In this document: piece by piece, positions 48,554 to 58,062 of the stretch
Numbering within the stretch: position 1 is the stretch's first letter
Layout of the letters: each line of letters starts with the position of its first letter
Source: an uncultured Verrucomicrobiota bacterium
Lineage (GTDB): Bacteria; Verrucomicrobiota; Verrucomicrobiia; Limisphaerales; JAYPEY01
DNA length: 64,000 nt
NCBI GenBank assembly: GCA_964519245.1
Contig: CAZFLK010000008.1
Location: 5,854 to 69,853, forward strand
Reading direction: 5' to 3'
Made by a program: the position numbers and the translations under genes
The notes under the pieces: generated by a model
Told to the model about the DNA's origin: nothing
What the model saw: the letters and a program-made list of their open reading frames with translations, nothing else
Database searches by the model: none

Positions 48554-48833
48554 GACAGGGTCAATATCCGACGAGCGGACCGCGATTCAAGGTTTCATGC
48601 TAGAGCCGGCCCCCAGTTTTGAAAGGGCGAATGAAGAGAACGCGTTGGGCGACGGCGATCGAGGCGATGACCTTCTCAGCAATGGAATTCACGCTGAGGA
48701 GTTCGCGGCGGAAGCCGGGTCATCAGCGGGGGCGGTCAGACCGTTCATCAGAAGGCTTCGCGTCATTCCATCGATAAAAGCGACGAACGGGGCATTGTCA
48801 AGGGGAGCAAGGCGCCGCAAAGTCCCATCCGAA

Positions 48834-49241
48834 ATGGAAACTGAAATCAAAGATCCGCCGATCGTCGAGAAGACGAAGGAATTGTGCGCCACCCTGCTCG
48901 AGCAGCCCGAGGTAAAGACCATCTGCGAGGATATGAACGCCTTCCTCGCCAACGAGGAGCTGCGCAGCCGCTTCGATGTGCTGACGATGCAGGGCGAGGC
49001 CTTGGGTCAGCGGCAGCAGCTGGGCCTTGAAATCGAGCCAGAGGAGTTCGAGAAGTTCGAGAAGGAGCGGGACGAATGGATGGCGAACGAACTTTCCCAG
49101 AAGTTCCTGGAGGCCCAGAAGCGGATGCAGGGACTGCAGGACCAGATTCACCAGTACGTTTCCAAGACCTTTGAACTGGGTCGCGTGCCCGAGGTGCACG
49201 ATATCGACTATCACTGCAACGACTGCGATTGTGGCGGCTGA
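48834..49241 (+). CDS. YlbF/YmcA-family (DUF964-like) protein with a Cys-rich tail
   Basis: The ATG at 48834 gives 135 aa. The helical pattern KTKELCATLLEQPEVKTICEDMNAFLANEELRSRF...FLEAQKRMQGLQDQIHQYV resembles YlbF/YheA. The C-terminus is YHCNDCDCGG. The rest of the 349-aa ORF-track entry is antisense to the Gfo gene. Confidence 0.5.
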   Translation: METEIKDPPIVEKTKELCATLLEQPEVKTICEDMNAFLANEELRSRFDVLTMQGEALGQRQQLGLEIEPEEFEKFEKERDEWMANELSQKFLEAQKRMQGLQDQIHQYVSKTFELGRVPEVHDIDYHCNDCDCGG

Positions 49242-49328
49242 GGGCGGGTTTCCCGATTGGCGGCTGAAACCGGGAGACGACAGCGACAACGACAACGCGC
49301 CGCCCTCGTCGACGCCGCCCGGGTTCGA

Positions 49329-49946
49329 CTAGGCGTCGGCCTGCTTGCGTCTGGTCCTGCTCGACCAAATCAGCCAGCCGTGAATCGCCAGCCCGGCCGG
49401 CAACATCAGAGCCATCAGCCAGGACGGCCGCGCGCCGGCGTCGATGATCACGAAATCCTCGACCAGCCGCGGGTGCAGCGCGACCAATTCGTTCCGGTTG
49501 TCGGCGACTTTTTCCCAGCCAAAGCGAATGACGCCTTCAACGTTGCGCGCGACGATCAACGGCTCGGTGTTGGTCGCGAGATGGGCGTTCAGAGTGTGCG
49601 TCACTTCGGCCAGTCCGAGCGCATCGACCCGCAACCGGTAATCATCCTCCAATCCGGCGACCAAGACATGCACGGGCGCATTGCTGGCGCCGGCCGGATT
49701 CAAAGGAATGAGGAACTCGGGCGCGTGGTCGGACTCGACATAGTTGAAATGGCGGGCGCGCAGCAGATCCAGTTCGGCGTCGGTAAGTCGCAACCATTTA
49801 TTGTCCGGCCGGTTCCGGTGAAAGTCCGCAAGCGGCGTCTCGGTGATCGCGCGTTCGCGAACGGCGAGATAGGCGGCCTGTCCTCCCGCGACCGCCAAAC
49901 AGATGCCGACCAAGGTCAGAAATCCTCTGAAGGCGTCCGAGCTCAA
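49329..49946 (-). CDS. hypothetical protein with N- and C-terminal TM segments
   Basis: FLTLVGICLAVAGGQAAYLAV near the N-terminus and WLMALMLPAGLAIHGWLIW near the C-terminus. Its start overlaps the upstream MBL gene stop by 4 nt. No family recognised. Confidence 0.5.
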   Translation of the reverse strand: MSSDAFRGFLTLVGICLAVAGGQAAYLAVRERAITETPLADFHRNRPDNKWLRLTDAELDLLRARHFNYVESDHAPEFLIPLNPAGASNAPVHVLVAGLEDDYRLRVDALGLAEVTHTLNAHLATNTEPLIVARNVEGVIRFGWEKVADNRNELVALHPRLVEDFVIIDAGARPSWLMALMLPAGLAIHGWLIWSSRTRRKQADA

Positions 49947-50767
49947 AACGGCAACAGGGACTGCCCTCCGACCGGAGGGGCCTCCTGGAGGACGAAGGTG
50001 GGGTTGGGCGTATCCTGGGCGGTCGACTCGATCTCCACATGGTTTGCATCCGCCCGCTGCAACCCCGCCTCGATCGCCCTTCTCGCGTGCTCGGGCGAAT
50101 TGCAGTCCCGGCTCAAATGGACCAGGTAGACGCGACGCAGATCGGGCGTGACCGCCTGCTCGAGCAACTCGGCCGCCGCGTCATTGGAAAGGTGACCGTG
50201 CCGGCTGAGAATGCGCTGCTTGATGCTCCAGGGGCGCTTCGTGTCGCGCTCCAGAAGCTCCTGGTCGTAATTGCACTCGAGCAGCAAGACATGGGCCTGC
50301 CGGGCCCGCTCGATGACGGAACGCGTGGCGTGTCCCAAATCCGTCAGCACGCCGATGTTTCCCACTCGCGTCCGCAACAGGAAACCCACCGGATCGTAGG
50401 CGTCGTGAGGCACGCTGAAGTTCTCCACTTCGATGTCGCCGATCTCAAACCTGGCCCCCTCGTTGAAAATGCGGAAATCCAGCGGATCCTTCACCTGTCC
50501 CTCAATGGCCTCCCTGGTCAATCGATTGCAATAGACCGGAATCTGAAGTTTGGCCGCGATGGTTCCCAAGCCTTGCGTATGGTCGCTGTGTTCATGGGAG
50601 ATCAGGATGCCGTCCAGCCGCTCGGGGGTGCGGCCGATGGACTCCAGCCGCTTCCGGATCTGGCGCCCGCTGAACCCGGCGTCAATCAGGATGCGGGTTT
50701 CATCGGTTTCCAGGTAGGAGCAGTTCCCCGCGGAACCGCTGCCAAGCATGGTGAAGCGGACAGGCAT
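49943..50767 (-). CDS. MBL-fold metallo-hydrolase (YycJ/PhnP-like)
   Basis: MPVRFTMLGSGSAGNCSYLE, ILISHEHSDHTQG (HxHxDH), VLTDLGH, HLS. An alternative ATG at 50932 would add a 55-aa Pro-rich extension and overlap the upstream stop (ATGA). Confidence 0.8.
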   Translation of the reverse strand: MPVRFTMLGSGSAGNCSYLETDETRILIDAGFSGRQIRKRLESIGRTPERLDGILISHEHSDHTQGLGTIAAKLQIPVYCNRLTREAIEGQVKDPLDFRIFNEGARFEIGDIEVENFSVPHDAYDPVGFLLRTRVGNIGVLTDLGHATRSVIERARQAHVLLLECNYDQELLERDTKRPWSIKQRILSRHGHLSNDAAAELLEQAVTPDLRRVYLVHLSRDCNSPEHARRAIEAGLQRADANHVEIESTAQDTPNPTFVLQEAPPVGGQSLLPF

Positions 50768-50928
50768 CGGGGCACGATATTCACCGGTCAAAACCGTCGC
50801 AACCGTTTTCGGAAAACCGGGCGCATTCCGGGCGTTGTCGAATGTCCCTGCACCCTCGCGACCGGACGCCGGCGCATCGATGCGGGCGGTTGGTTTCGTG
50901 GGTGGCGGCTGCGTGGGTTGGCACAGGA

Positions 50929-51903
50929 TCATTCCCTCAGGATGCTCGTCCGGCGAAATTCATCATCCGGGTAGACCCTGCCGGAAAGCAACGCCTGGAA
51001 GATGTGTCGGAAGACGACCCCGGGCTGGCCGGCGGTCCGTCCGGATCGGAAGTAGGAGTGTCCCTTGAGCTTGTCGTAGAGATTGTTGATGTCGTCGCAA
51101 TCCACCGAGAAGACGTTCTTCGGCACGACGTCCATGTCCTCCGGCCCCGAGTGCCCGAGGCGTCGGGAGGCAATCTTGTTCTTCAGATTGGCCGCCTTGC
51201 TGGCCCGGAGCGCCAGATCGTCCGACGCATGATAGACCACCACGTTGCGCGCGGACCGACAGATGTGGACGCCCTCCTTCCCCGGCTCCAGGGACTCATT
51301 CACGATGTCCGCGGCGATCAGAAATGCGTTGCGAAACAACAGGGGCACACCATCCGCCAGATCGTAGCGGTTCCAGGTTGCAAGCGTCTCCCGCAGGACG
51401 CGATTGCCCATCGAGTGCGCCAGGATGTTCAATCGTTTCAGGCAGGGATAGGCCTGGGGATTGTATTTCGCGGAATTGCGCCAGTTCAGGAACTTCTGGA
51501 ACACGCGCGCAAACGCAAAGGCGCTTTGGTCCGCCGCCTTCTGGTCGTCCCAGTAGTCTTTGACGATGCCCATGTCGTTGTCGCAGGGCCAGATGAGTGG
51601 AACGACCAGAATCTCCTTCGGCTTCTCCAGGTCGCAAAGTTCCTGAAACTCGCCCGCCGCTTGAAATACATCTTCCGGCAGGTTTGAGAATCCGTGCAGG
51701 TAAACCAAGATCTGGCAGCGGTCCGACTCTTTCAGTCGGCGTAGCAACTCCAGGCTGCCGATCTCCGTGCAGGTCGCGTCGGCGTTCCGTTCGCAGAAGA
51801 AGACGGAATTGCTGGCGGCGTTGTTGTCGAGGTCGAACTGGAACGCGCGTCCAGCCCGGGTGCGAATGCTTTGTTTCGGGAATCGATTGGTGATGAACAA
51901 CAT
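50929..51903 (-). CDS. alpha/beta hydrolase of the DUF900 type (esterase/lipase-like)
   Basis: MLFITNRFPK, ILVYLHGFSN, NILAHSMGNRVL (nucleophile elbow GxSxG-like HSMGN), VVYHASDDLAL. No signal peptide. Confidence 0.65.
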   Translation of the reverse strand: MLFITNRFPKQSIRTRAGRAFQFDLDNNAASNSVFFCERNADATCTEIGSLELLRRLKESDRCQILVYLHGFSNLPEDVFQAAGEFQELCDLEKPKEILVVPLIWPCDNDMGIVKDYWDDQKAADQSAFAFARVFQKFLNWRNSAKYNPQAYPCLKRLNILAHSMGNRVLRETLATWNRYDLADGVPLLFRNAFLIAADIVNESLEPGKEGVHICRSARNVVVYHASDDLALRASKAANLKNKIASRRLGHSGPEDMDVVPKNVFSVDCDDINNLYDKLKGHSYFRSGRTAGQPGVVFRHIFQALLSGRVYPDDEFRRTSILRE

Positions 51904-52168
51904 GGATCAGGAGACGTACAGTGTGGATCGTCAGTGATTCCCTCCGGGGTCTTGTATGCCCGCTGACCGGCGGGCTGTAAAGTCGATTGGAACGCGCGGA
52001 CGCCGGGATCCGATCCCTTGACGGTAGGGTCAGCGATCTCAGAGGCTGGAGAGCGGGCATCCGTGTCCGCGGGTTGGTATGCGCGGGTCTTCCGGCTTCG
52101 ATGAAGGAGCGCTTGGGACGGTGTCGTCCCTGCGCGGCCAGCCGGGGGTGAATCGGCCCCGATCCCGC

Positions 52169-53878
52169 CTAGATTGCGAAAGACCTGCGCCTCAGGAGCG
52201 CTTGACCGGTCAGGCTCAGGCTCACCAGAACACAGCCCCAGCCGAACCAGTCGCCATGGCGGTTGTAGAAGGTTCTGGACGGCCAGGATGCAGGGCGTTG
52301 GAGCGGCATCTTCACGAGCTTGTAGCCGGCGGCATACTCGCTGCGCTCGTCGGTGTAGCGGGTCCCTCGCAGGATGCCGAACTCATCGACCCAACAGCTG
52401 ATGCCGTTGTTGGCGCAGCGGATGATCGGGACGCCGTTCTCTACGGCCCGGAAGGCGGCATTGGCGGCGTGCTGCCACTGTTGGGAACTGGCCCCGAACC
52501 AACCGTCGTTGGTGACATTCAAGAGAAAGTCGGTGTGCTCATCGACGTGTTCGCGGGCGAGGTCGGGGAAGATGTCCTCGAAGCAGATCAACGGTCCAAT
52601 GCGCAGCTTGCGGGGTCGGCGCAATTCCAGCCAGACGGGTTCCGTGCCCGGAGTGAAGCCATTGCCGACCGGGGAGAACATCTTGAGAAACGGGAGCCAG
52701 CGGGACAATGGCACATATTCGCCGAACATGACCAAGCGGCGTTTGTCGTACTTGGCGGTGAGTTTTCCCTCCGGGGAGACCGCGAAGGCGCTGTTGTGGA
52801 AAAGGGGATCACTTTCGCCCTCCGGACCTTTGCCTGGTTCCGCGTCCTCGGCCCCGATCAGCAGCCAGACCTGGTGACGCGCCGCCAATTTCGTGACGCG
52901 GGCGTAGGTTTCCTCGTCGTAGCGCAACAACTTCGGCAGGGCGGCTTCGGGCCAGACGACAATGTCCGGTTTCTCCGCCATGGCCCGTTCGGTGAGGTCG
53001 AGGATGGTCTTGAACGCCTCTTGATTCTCTTCCTCGTCCCATTTCACCGTTTGGGGGATGCTGGGTTGGATGAGGGCCAGGCGTAGCGCGTCGCGCCTTT
53101 CATCGGGGGAAGCCGTCCGGGAAACATTGGCGCGGGAGACGCCGAAAAGGACTGCGGCGGTGACGAGCAGGGCAGGCGCCCCCAGCTCCGCCGCCCAGAC
53201 CCAGTGTTTGGCCGGGCGATGAACCAGCAACAAAACGGAGGCCGCAATGCCGCAGGCGAACCAGACAACCAGGAAGGACACGCCATAGACGCCCGTGATC
53301 GAGGCGATCTGGATGACCGGTGTCAGTTGCTGTTGGGAGACGCCGAGCAGCAGGAAGGGAAATCCGGTCAGGGCGCGGGCCATGACCATCTCCAGCGCAA
53401 TCCAGGCAATTGCGCAGGTCAACAGCCAGCGCGCGCGCGTCGACCAAGGCGTGGCAAAAACCCTCGCAACCTGCGTCTTAAGACCCGGCCCGGATGGCGA
53501 ATCGTCCACGTTCTTCATACCTCCCGGAAAAATTCTCCAGCACAGCCACAGCCAGATTGCCGGATAGAGGGCGAGATAGGATGCCAGCGCGGCCCAACCG
53601 ACATAGGGCGTCACCGGGTAAGGAATGAAACGCAACCAATGGACGGCGGGGATGTAGAAGCCCATGCCGCCCGCAAAACCGATCAGGAATCGCTCTCGGC
53701 CGGTCTGCCCCATGCCGCAGAGAAGCCAGATCCCAGGCGCAATCCAAGCCAGGCCCGACCAGTTGAACGGCTGGAAGGAGGCGGCCAATGCGATTCCCGC
53801 CACCGCCGCCATGCCTGCGCGCTTGCGCAAGCTGGACGCGGAACTTGATGGGTTCTGAAGGGATTCAGGCTGGGCCAT
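52169..53878 (-). CDS. lnt: apolipoprotein N-acyltransferase
   Basis: Multi-TM N-terminal half followed by a CN-hydrolase domain (LALIQPSIPQTVKW, VVWPEAA, GPLICFEDIFP with the catalytic Cys, NVTNDGWF). The ATG at 53878 is preferred over the longer ORF. Confidence 0.85.
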   Translation of the reverse strand: MAQPESLQNPSSSASSLRKRAGMAAVAGIALAASFQPFNWSGLAWIAPGIWLLCGMGQTGRERFLIGFAGGMGFYIPAVHWLRFIPYPVTPYVGWAALASYLALYPAIWLWLCWRIFPGGMKNVDDSPSGPGLKTQVARVFATPWSTRARWLLTCAIAWIALEMVMARALTGFPFLLLGVSQQQLTPVIQIASITGVYGVSFLVVWFACGIAASVLLLVHRPAKHWVWAAELGAPALLVTAAVLFGVSRANVSRTASPDERRDALRLALIQPSIPQTVKWDEEENQEAFKTILDLTERAMAEKPDIVVWPEAALPKLLRYDEETYARVTKLAARHQVWLLIGAEDAEPGKGPEGESDPLFHNSAFAVSPEGKLTAKYDKRRLVMFGEYVPLSRWLPFLKMFSPVGNGFTPGTEPVWLELRRPRKLRIGPLICFEDIFPDLAREHVDEHTDFLLNVTNDGWFGASSQQWQHAANAAFRAVENGVPIIRCANNGISCWVDEFGILRGTRYTDERSEYAAGYKLVKMPLQRPASWPSRTFYNRHGDWFGWGCVLVSLSLTGQALLRRRSFAI

Positions 53879-54028
53879 GACGCTTTCCGGAGCTTGCCCG
53901 CTCGGTTTTCCCGGGCGCAACTGAAAACCGAACACCCACCAGTGATCAACCCGGGCAGTCCTTAAAACCCGCAAATTCGCCGGTTCTTCCCCATTGTGAG
54001 TAAGTCGTGAATAGCCCTCGGCGCCCAA

Positions 54029-54330
54029 TTCTAATATTCATTCTTGACGCCTCAATTCAAGCTGATCTAGCAGGCCGGATCCTGATTCCGGATTCGACTT
54101 CGGACAAGGCCTTGAATGATACTCTTATACTATCCTAAACTGTTTATTACCAATAGTTTAAGAAATATTTGGCTTTCTATTCAAGAAGCCAATCAATTCA
54201 CTTTTTGGCTGGATGTGAGAACATTTTTGTCCATTTTTTGGTCGGCGCCAACAGGGTTACGACCGCTCCAATTCGATGGGTGAATAAAAATTGGGAAATG
54301 GGACTAAAACGTTAAAGTGGCCAAAATGAG
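54029..54330. other. AT-rich non-coding island
   Basis: No ORF of 60 aa or more. My hand count gives 36 G+C in the 120 nt from 54121 to 54240 (30%), against roughly 60% in the flanking genes. Small hairpins ccgga-tcctgat-tccgg and agccaa-N12-ttggct. Confidence 0.5.
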
Positions 54331-54430
54331 CCATACAACGCGATGTCGCATTTGGATAACCGATTGGGAGGCGATTCCGACGATGCCAGAGGCCTCGAGG
54401 ACAGATGTTGCGGCACGGACCGGCTGCCGA

Positions 54431-55612
54431 TCAGCGGTTCAATCCATCGACGAACTTGGCCATGCGTTCGACGGCCTTTTCGATCTCATTCATGGACGCG
54501 GCGAAGCAGCAGCGAAGGAAGCCCTCACCGGCCGCTCCGAAGGCTGTTCCCGGCACGCAAGCGACGTTCTGTTGCTCCAGGAGTTGCACGGCGAACTCGC
54601 TTGAGGTCAAACCGGTGGATTCGATGCAGGGGAAGGCGTAGAAGGATCCGCGAGGCAGATGGCAGGTCAGCCCCATGTCGTTGAACGCTTTGACGATGAA
54701 ATTGCGGCGCAGACGAAAGGCGTCGCGCATCTCGGCCTTGTCGGATTCTCCGTTGCGCAGGGCCTCGATGGCGGCGTCCTGGGCGATGATGCTTGCGCAG
54801 AGCATGGAGTATTGATGGATCCGGGTCATGGCGCCGACCAGGCTTTCGGGTCCGCAGGCGTAGCCAATGCGGAATCCGGTCATGGCGTAGGCCTTGGAGA
54901 AACCGTGGAGGAAGATGGTCCGCTCCCGCATGCCGTCGAGGGAAGCGATGCTGGTGTGATCGCCCTCGAAGGTGAGTTCGGAATAGATCTCGTCCGTGAT
55001 GACCAGCAGGTTGTGGCGGAGCACGACGTCGGCGATCTTCTGGAGCTCCCCGCGCGTCATGGTTCCGCCGGTCGGGTTGGTGGGAAAGTTGAGGATCAGG
55101 ACCTTGGACTTCGGCGTCACGACGGCCTCGATGGCTTCGGCGGTCACGGCGAACTCGGTTTCGGCCGTGCAATTCACCGCGACCGGCTTGCCGTGCGTCA
55201 ACGCGATGCTTGGCGAATAACTCACGTAGCAGGGTTCGTGAAAGATCACCTCGTCGCCTGGGTTCACAAGGGCCCGCAAGGCCAGATCCATGGCTTCGCT
55301 AACGCCGACGGTCACCAGGATCTCGTTCTGCACGGCGTAGCGTACGCCGAATTCGCGGTCCACGTAATCAGAGATTTCCTCGCGCAGCCGGGGCAGACCG
55401 AGATTCGAGGTGTAGCTGGTGCGCCCCCGCTCCAGCGCGTAGATGGCTGCCTCCCGAATGTTCCACGGAGTGACAAAATCGGGTTCGCCGACGCCGAGCG
55501 AAATAACGCCCGGCTGGCCCTGCACGAGCTCAAAGAACGCGCGGATGCCCGACGGCGGAATGGCCGCGACGTGCGAGGCGATGAACTCATCTGGATTGAA
55601 GGAGTTGGCCAT
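54431..55612 (-). CDS. pyridoxal-phosphate-dependent aminotransferase (class I/II, AspC-like)
   Basis: The ATG at 55612 gives MANSFNPDEFIASHVAAIPPSGIRAFFEL. LGVGEPDF, NPTGG, FSKAYAMTGFRIGY (PLP lysine). The upstream part of the 602-aa ORF is low-complexity junk. Confidence 0.85.
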   Translation of the reverse strand: MANSFNPDEFIASHVAAIPPSGIRAFFELVQGQPGVISLGVGEPDFVTPWNIREAAIYALERGRTSYTSNLGLPRLREEISDYVDREFGVRYAVQNEILVTVGVSEAMDLALRALVNPGDEVIFHEPCYVSYSPSIALTHGKPVAVNCTAETEFAVTAEAIEAVVTPKSKVLILNFPTNPTGGTMTRGELQKIADVVLRHNLLVITDEIYSELTFEGDHTSIASLDGMRERTIFLHGFSKAYAMTGFRIGYACGPESLVGAMTRIHQYSMLCASIIAQDAAIEALRNGESDKAEMRDAFRLRRNFIVKAFNDMGLTCHLPRGSFYAFPCIESTGLTSSEFAVQLLEQQNVACVPGTAFGAAGEGFLRCCFAASMNEIEKAVERMAKFVDGLNR

Positions 55613-55713
55613 GGTGGATACGGAAACGGGGATGAAAACGGAATCAGGGGCAATAGCGAATCCAAAATCCGAATTTTGCGACTCGGATGGGCGGACTCCC
55701 GGAAGGAACCCGC

Positions 55714-57012
55714 CTAGGCGGCGGCCTGGTCGGCCTTGCGGCGGATAAGGGGTTTGGCTTCGCCTTTGACGACGGCGCGGGTGATCTTGACGCCGGCAAT
55801 GTCCTCGCTGCCCGGAATCTCGTACATGACGTCGAGCATCAGGCGTTCGATGACGCCGCGCAAGGCGCGCGCGCCGGTGCCCTTCTTGATGGCCTGGTCG
55901 GCCAACTCTTCCAACGCGCCCCGGGTGAAATCGAGCCCCACGCCTTCCATCGCCATGAGCTTGGCAAACTGCTTGGTGAGGGCGTGCCGGGTTTCGGTCA
56001 TCACCTGGATCAGCTGTTCGCGGTTGAGCTCCTTCAGAACGGTCGTCATCGGGAGTCGGCCGATGAATTCCGGAATGAAGCCATAGGCCAACATATCCTC
56101 GGGCTCGACCTTGGCGATGATCTCCCAGATATCGGGAACCTGGTGGGCGTCGGCGCTCTTGGCGGCGTCGAAACCGATGACGCGGTCGCCGAGTCGGCGC
56201 TGAATGATCTTGTGCAGATCGACGAACGCGCCGCCGCAAATGAAGAGGATATTCCGCGTGTCGATGCGGATGTACTCTTGTTGCGGGTGCTTGCGTCCGC
56301 CCTGGGGGGGCACATTGCAGATCGTGCCCTCCATGATCTTCAGCAAGGCCTGCTGGACCCCCTCGCCGGAGACGTCCCGAGTGATGGAAACGTTGTCCGT
56401 GCGACGGGAGATCTTGTCGATCTCGTCAATGTAGATGATGCCCATCTCGGCGCGCTTGACGTCATAGTCGCAGGCTTGGAGGAGGCGGAGGATGATATTC
56501 TCCACATCCTCGCCCACGTAGCCCGCCTCGGTCAGCGCCGTGGCGTCGGAAATGGCGAAGGGGACGTCGATGATTTTGGCGAGGGTGCGCGCAAGCAACG
56601 TCTTGCCGCAACCGGTGGGGCCCAGCAGAAGAATGTTGCTCTTCTCGATCTCGATCTCGTCCTCGTCCTGCGCGGGCGGGAAACTCTGATTCCCGCCGCC
56701 GGCGCCAAAGCTCGCACTCGAGTGGAGGAGTCGCTTGTAATGATTGTGAACGGCGACGGCCAAGGTCTTCTTGGCGTGATCCTGACCGATGCAGACCTCG
56801 TCCAGTTGTTCCTTGATCTCGACGGGCCGGGGCACGCGCAGTTTGGCGTCGGTCTTGACCTTCTTCTCGTCGGCCTCCTTGTCGAGGACGCCCTTGCAGA
56901 TGGTGATGCAGCTGTCGCAGATGTAGACTCCCGGACCTGCAATCAGCTTCTTCACTTCCGAGTGCGACTTGCCGCAGAAGCTGCAGAGCGTGAGATTGGT
57001 CGGGCGGGCCAT
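55714..57012 (-). CDS. clpX: ATP-dependent Clp protease ATP-binding subunit ClpX
   Basis: Zinc-finger N-terminus [26 protein letters not shown], Walker [30 protein letters not shown]. Confidence 0.97.
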   Translation of the reverse strand: MARPTNLTLCSFCGKSHSEVKKLIAGPGVYICDSCITICKGVLDKEADEKKVKTDAKLRVPRPVEIKEQLDEVCIGQDHAKKTLAVAVHNHYKRLLHSSASFGAGGGNQSFPPAQDEDEIEIEKSNILLLGPTGCGKTLLARTLAKIIDVPFAISDATALTEAGYVGEDVENIILRLLQACDYDVKRAEMGIIYIDEIDKISRRTDNVSITRDVSGEGVQQALLKIMEGTICNVPPQGGRKHPQQEYIRIDTRNILFICGGAFVDLHKIIQRRLGDRVIGFDAAKSADAHQVPDIWEIIAKVEPEDMLAYGFIPEFIGRLPMTTVLKELNREQLIQVMTETRHALTKQFAKLMAMEGVGLDFTRGALEELADQAIKKGTGARALRGVIERLMLDVMYEIPGSEDIAGVKITRAVVKGEAKPLIRRKADQAAA

Positions 57013-57027
57013 GGGGCGACGGGGTTG

Positions 57028-57669
57028 CTATTTCTTGTCGGAATCCGGGCTCTGACCGGACTCCGGCGCCGCGATTTCGGTGCGGGACTTCACCACCTCA
57101 TCGACGAGGCCGTATTCCTTGGCTTCCTCGGCGGACATGAAATTGTCGCGGTCGCAATCCTGCTCGACCTTCTCCACGGGCTGACCGGTATGCAGTGAGA
57201 GGATGCTGTTCAGGCGCTGCTTGAGTTTGAGCATGTAGTTGACGCGAATTTCGACGTCGCTGGCCTGACCTTCGGCGCCGCCGAGCACCTGGTGGATCAT
57301 GACGTCGGCATTCGGCAGGGCGAAACGCTTGCCTTTGGCGCCGCCGGAGAGCAGCACCGCCCCCATGCTGGCGGCCTGGCCAATGCAGTAGGTGTTCACG
57401 TCGCAGGTCAGGAACTGCATGGTGTCGTAGATGGCGAGGCCGGAGGTCACGCTGCCGCCCGGGGAATTGATGTAGAGATGCACGTCCTTCTTGGGATCGT
57501 TCATCTGCAGGAACAGGAGCTGGGCGATGATGACGTTCGCCACGGTGTCGTTGACCGGCGTGCCCAGGAAGACGATGCGATCGATGAGCAGGCGCGAATA
57601 GATGTCGTGCATGCGCTCGCCGCGGCCGGTTTGCTCAATGACGGTGGGAATGGGAATATAGTTGTTCAT
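57028..57669 (-). CDS. clpP: ATP-dependent Clp protease proteolytic subunit ClpP
   Basis: [47 protein letters not shown] (catalytic Ser), MIHQ (His). Lies directly upstream of clpX. Confidence 0.97.
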   Translation of the reverse strand: MNNYIPIPTVIEQTGRGERMHDIYSRLLIDRIVFLGTPVNDTVANVIIAQLLFLQMNDPKKDVHLYINSPGGSVTSGLAIYDTMQFLTCDVNTYCIGQAASMGAVLLSGGAKGKRFALPNADVMIHQVLGGAEGQASDVEIRVNYMLKLKQRLNSILSLHTGQPVEKVEQDCDRDNFMSAEEAKEYGLVDEVVKSRTEIAAPESGQSPDSDKK

Positions 57670-58062
57670 GCTTTGAAGATCTCGTTTCAGAACGGGCGGG
57701 CAAACTAACCAAGGGGGTTGGGGGCGTCAAGCGCCCCCGAAGCCGTCCCGCATTCCGGGGATATCGGGGAAAGTCGAAGGAGGGAGGAATGCGCCGTAGG
57801 GACCACAAGCCGGCAACCGGCGGCAGAGGCTCACAGTTCTTTGAGCTCGTGTCGCTGCCCGGTGGTTCCAGCGGGGCGGCGGCGACTTGCGCCGAGCGCC
57901 CCGCCTTTGATTGCCCCTGCGGAACGGGTCTGACACGCCGCCGCGGGGTTGAAACTGCGCGAAGCGCGGTTGGGTCCCGCCTTCGCGACGACCGGCAGCG
58001 CCATGGGAATCGGATGCCCTGGCGACGATGGATTTGACATCCCGGAAGCGGCGTGACAACGC

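Noticed and set aside
47138-49241. Plus-strand ORFs 47138-48622 (494 aa) and the 5' two-thirds of 48192-49241
   Set aside because: They are antisense to the SDR and Gfo/Idh/MocA genes. Only the last 135 codons (from the ATG at 48834) of the second ORF look like a real YlbF-like gene.
54317-54684. Short plus-strand ORFs (95, 113 and 78 aa) at the edge of the AT-rich island
   Set aside because: Most of their length is antisense to the aminotransferase 3' end. They have no RBS or family signal.
55687-57198. 503-aa plus-strand ORF
   Set aside because: It is antisense to clpX and the 3' end of clpP, both of which are unambiguous.
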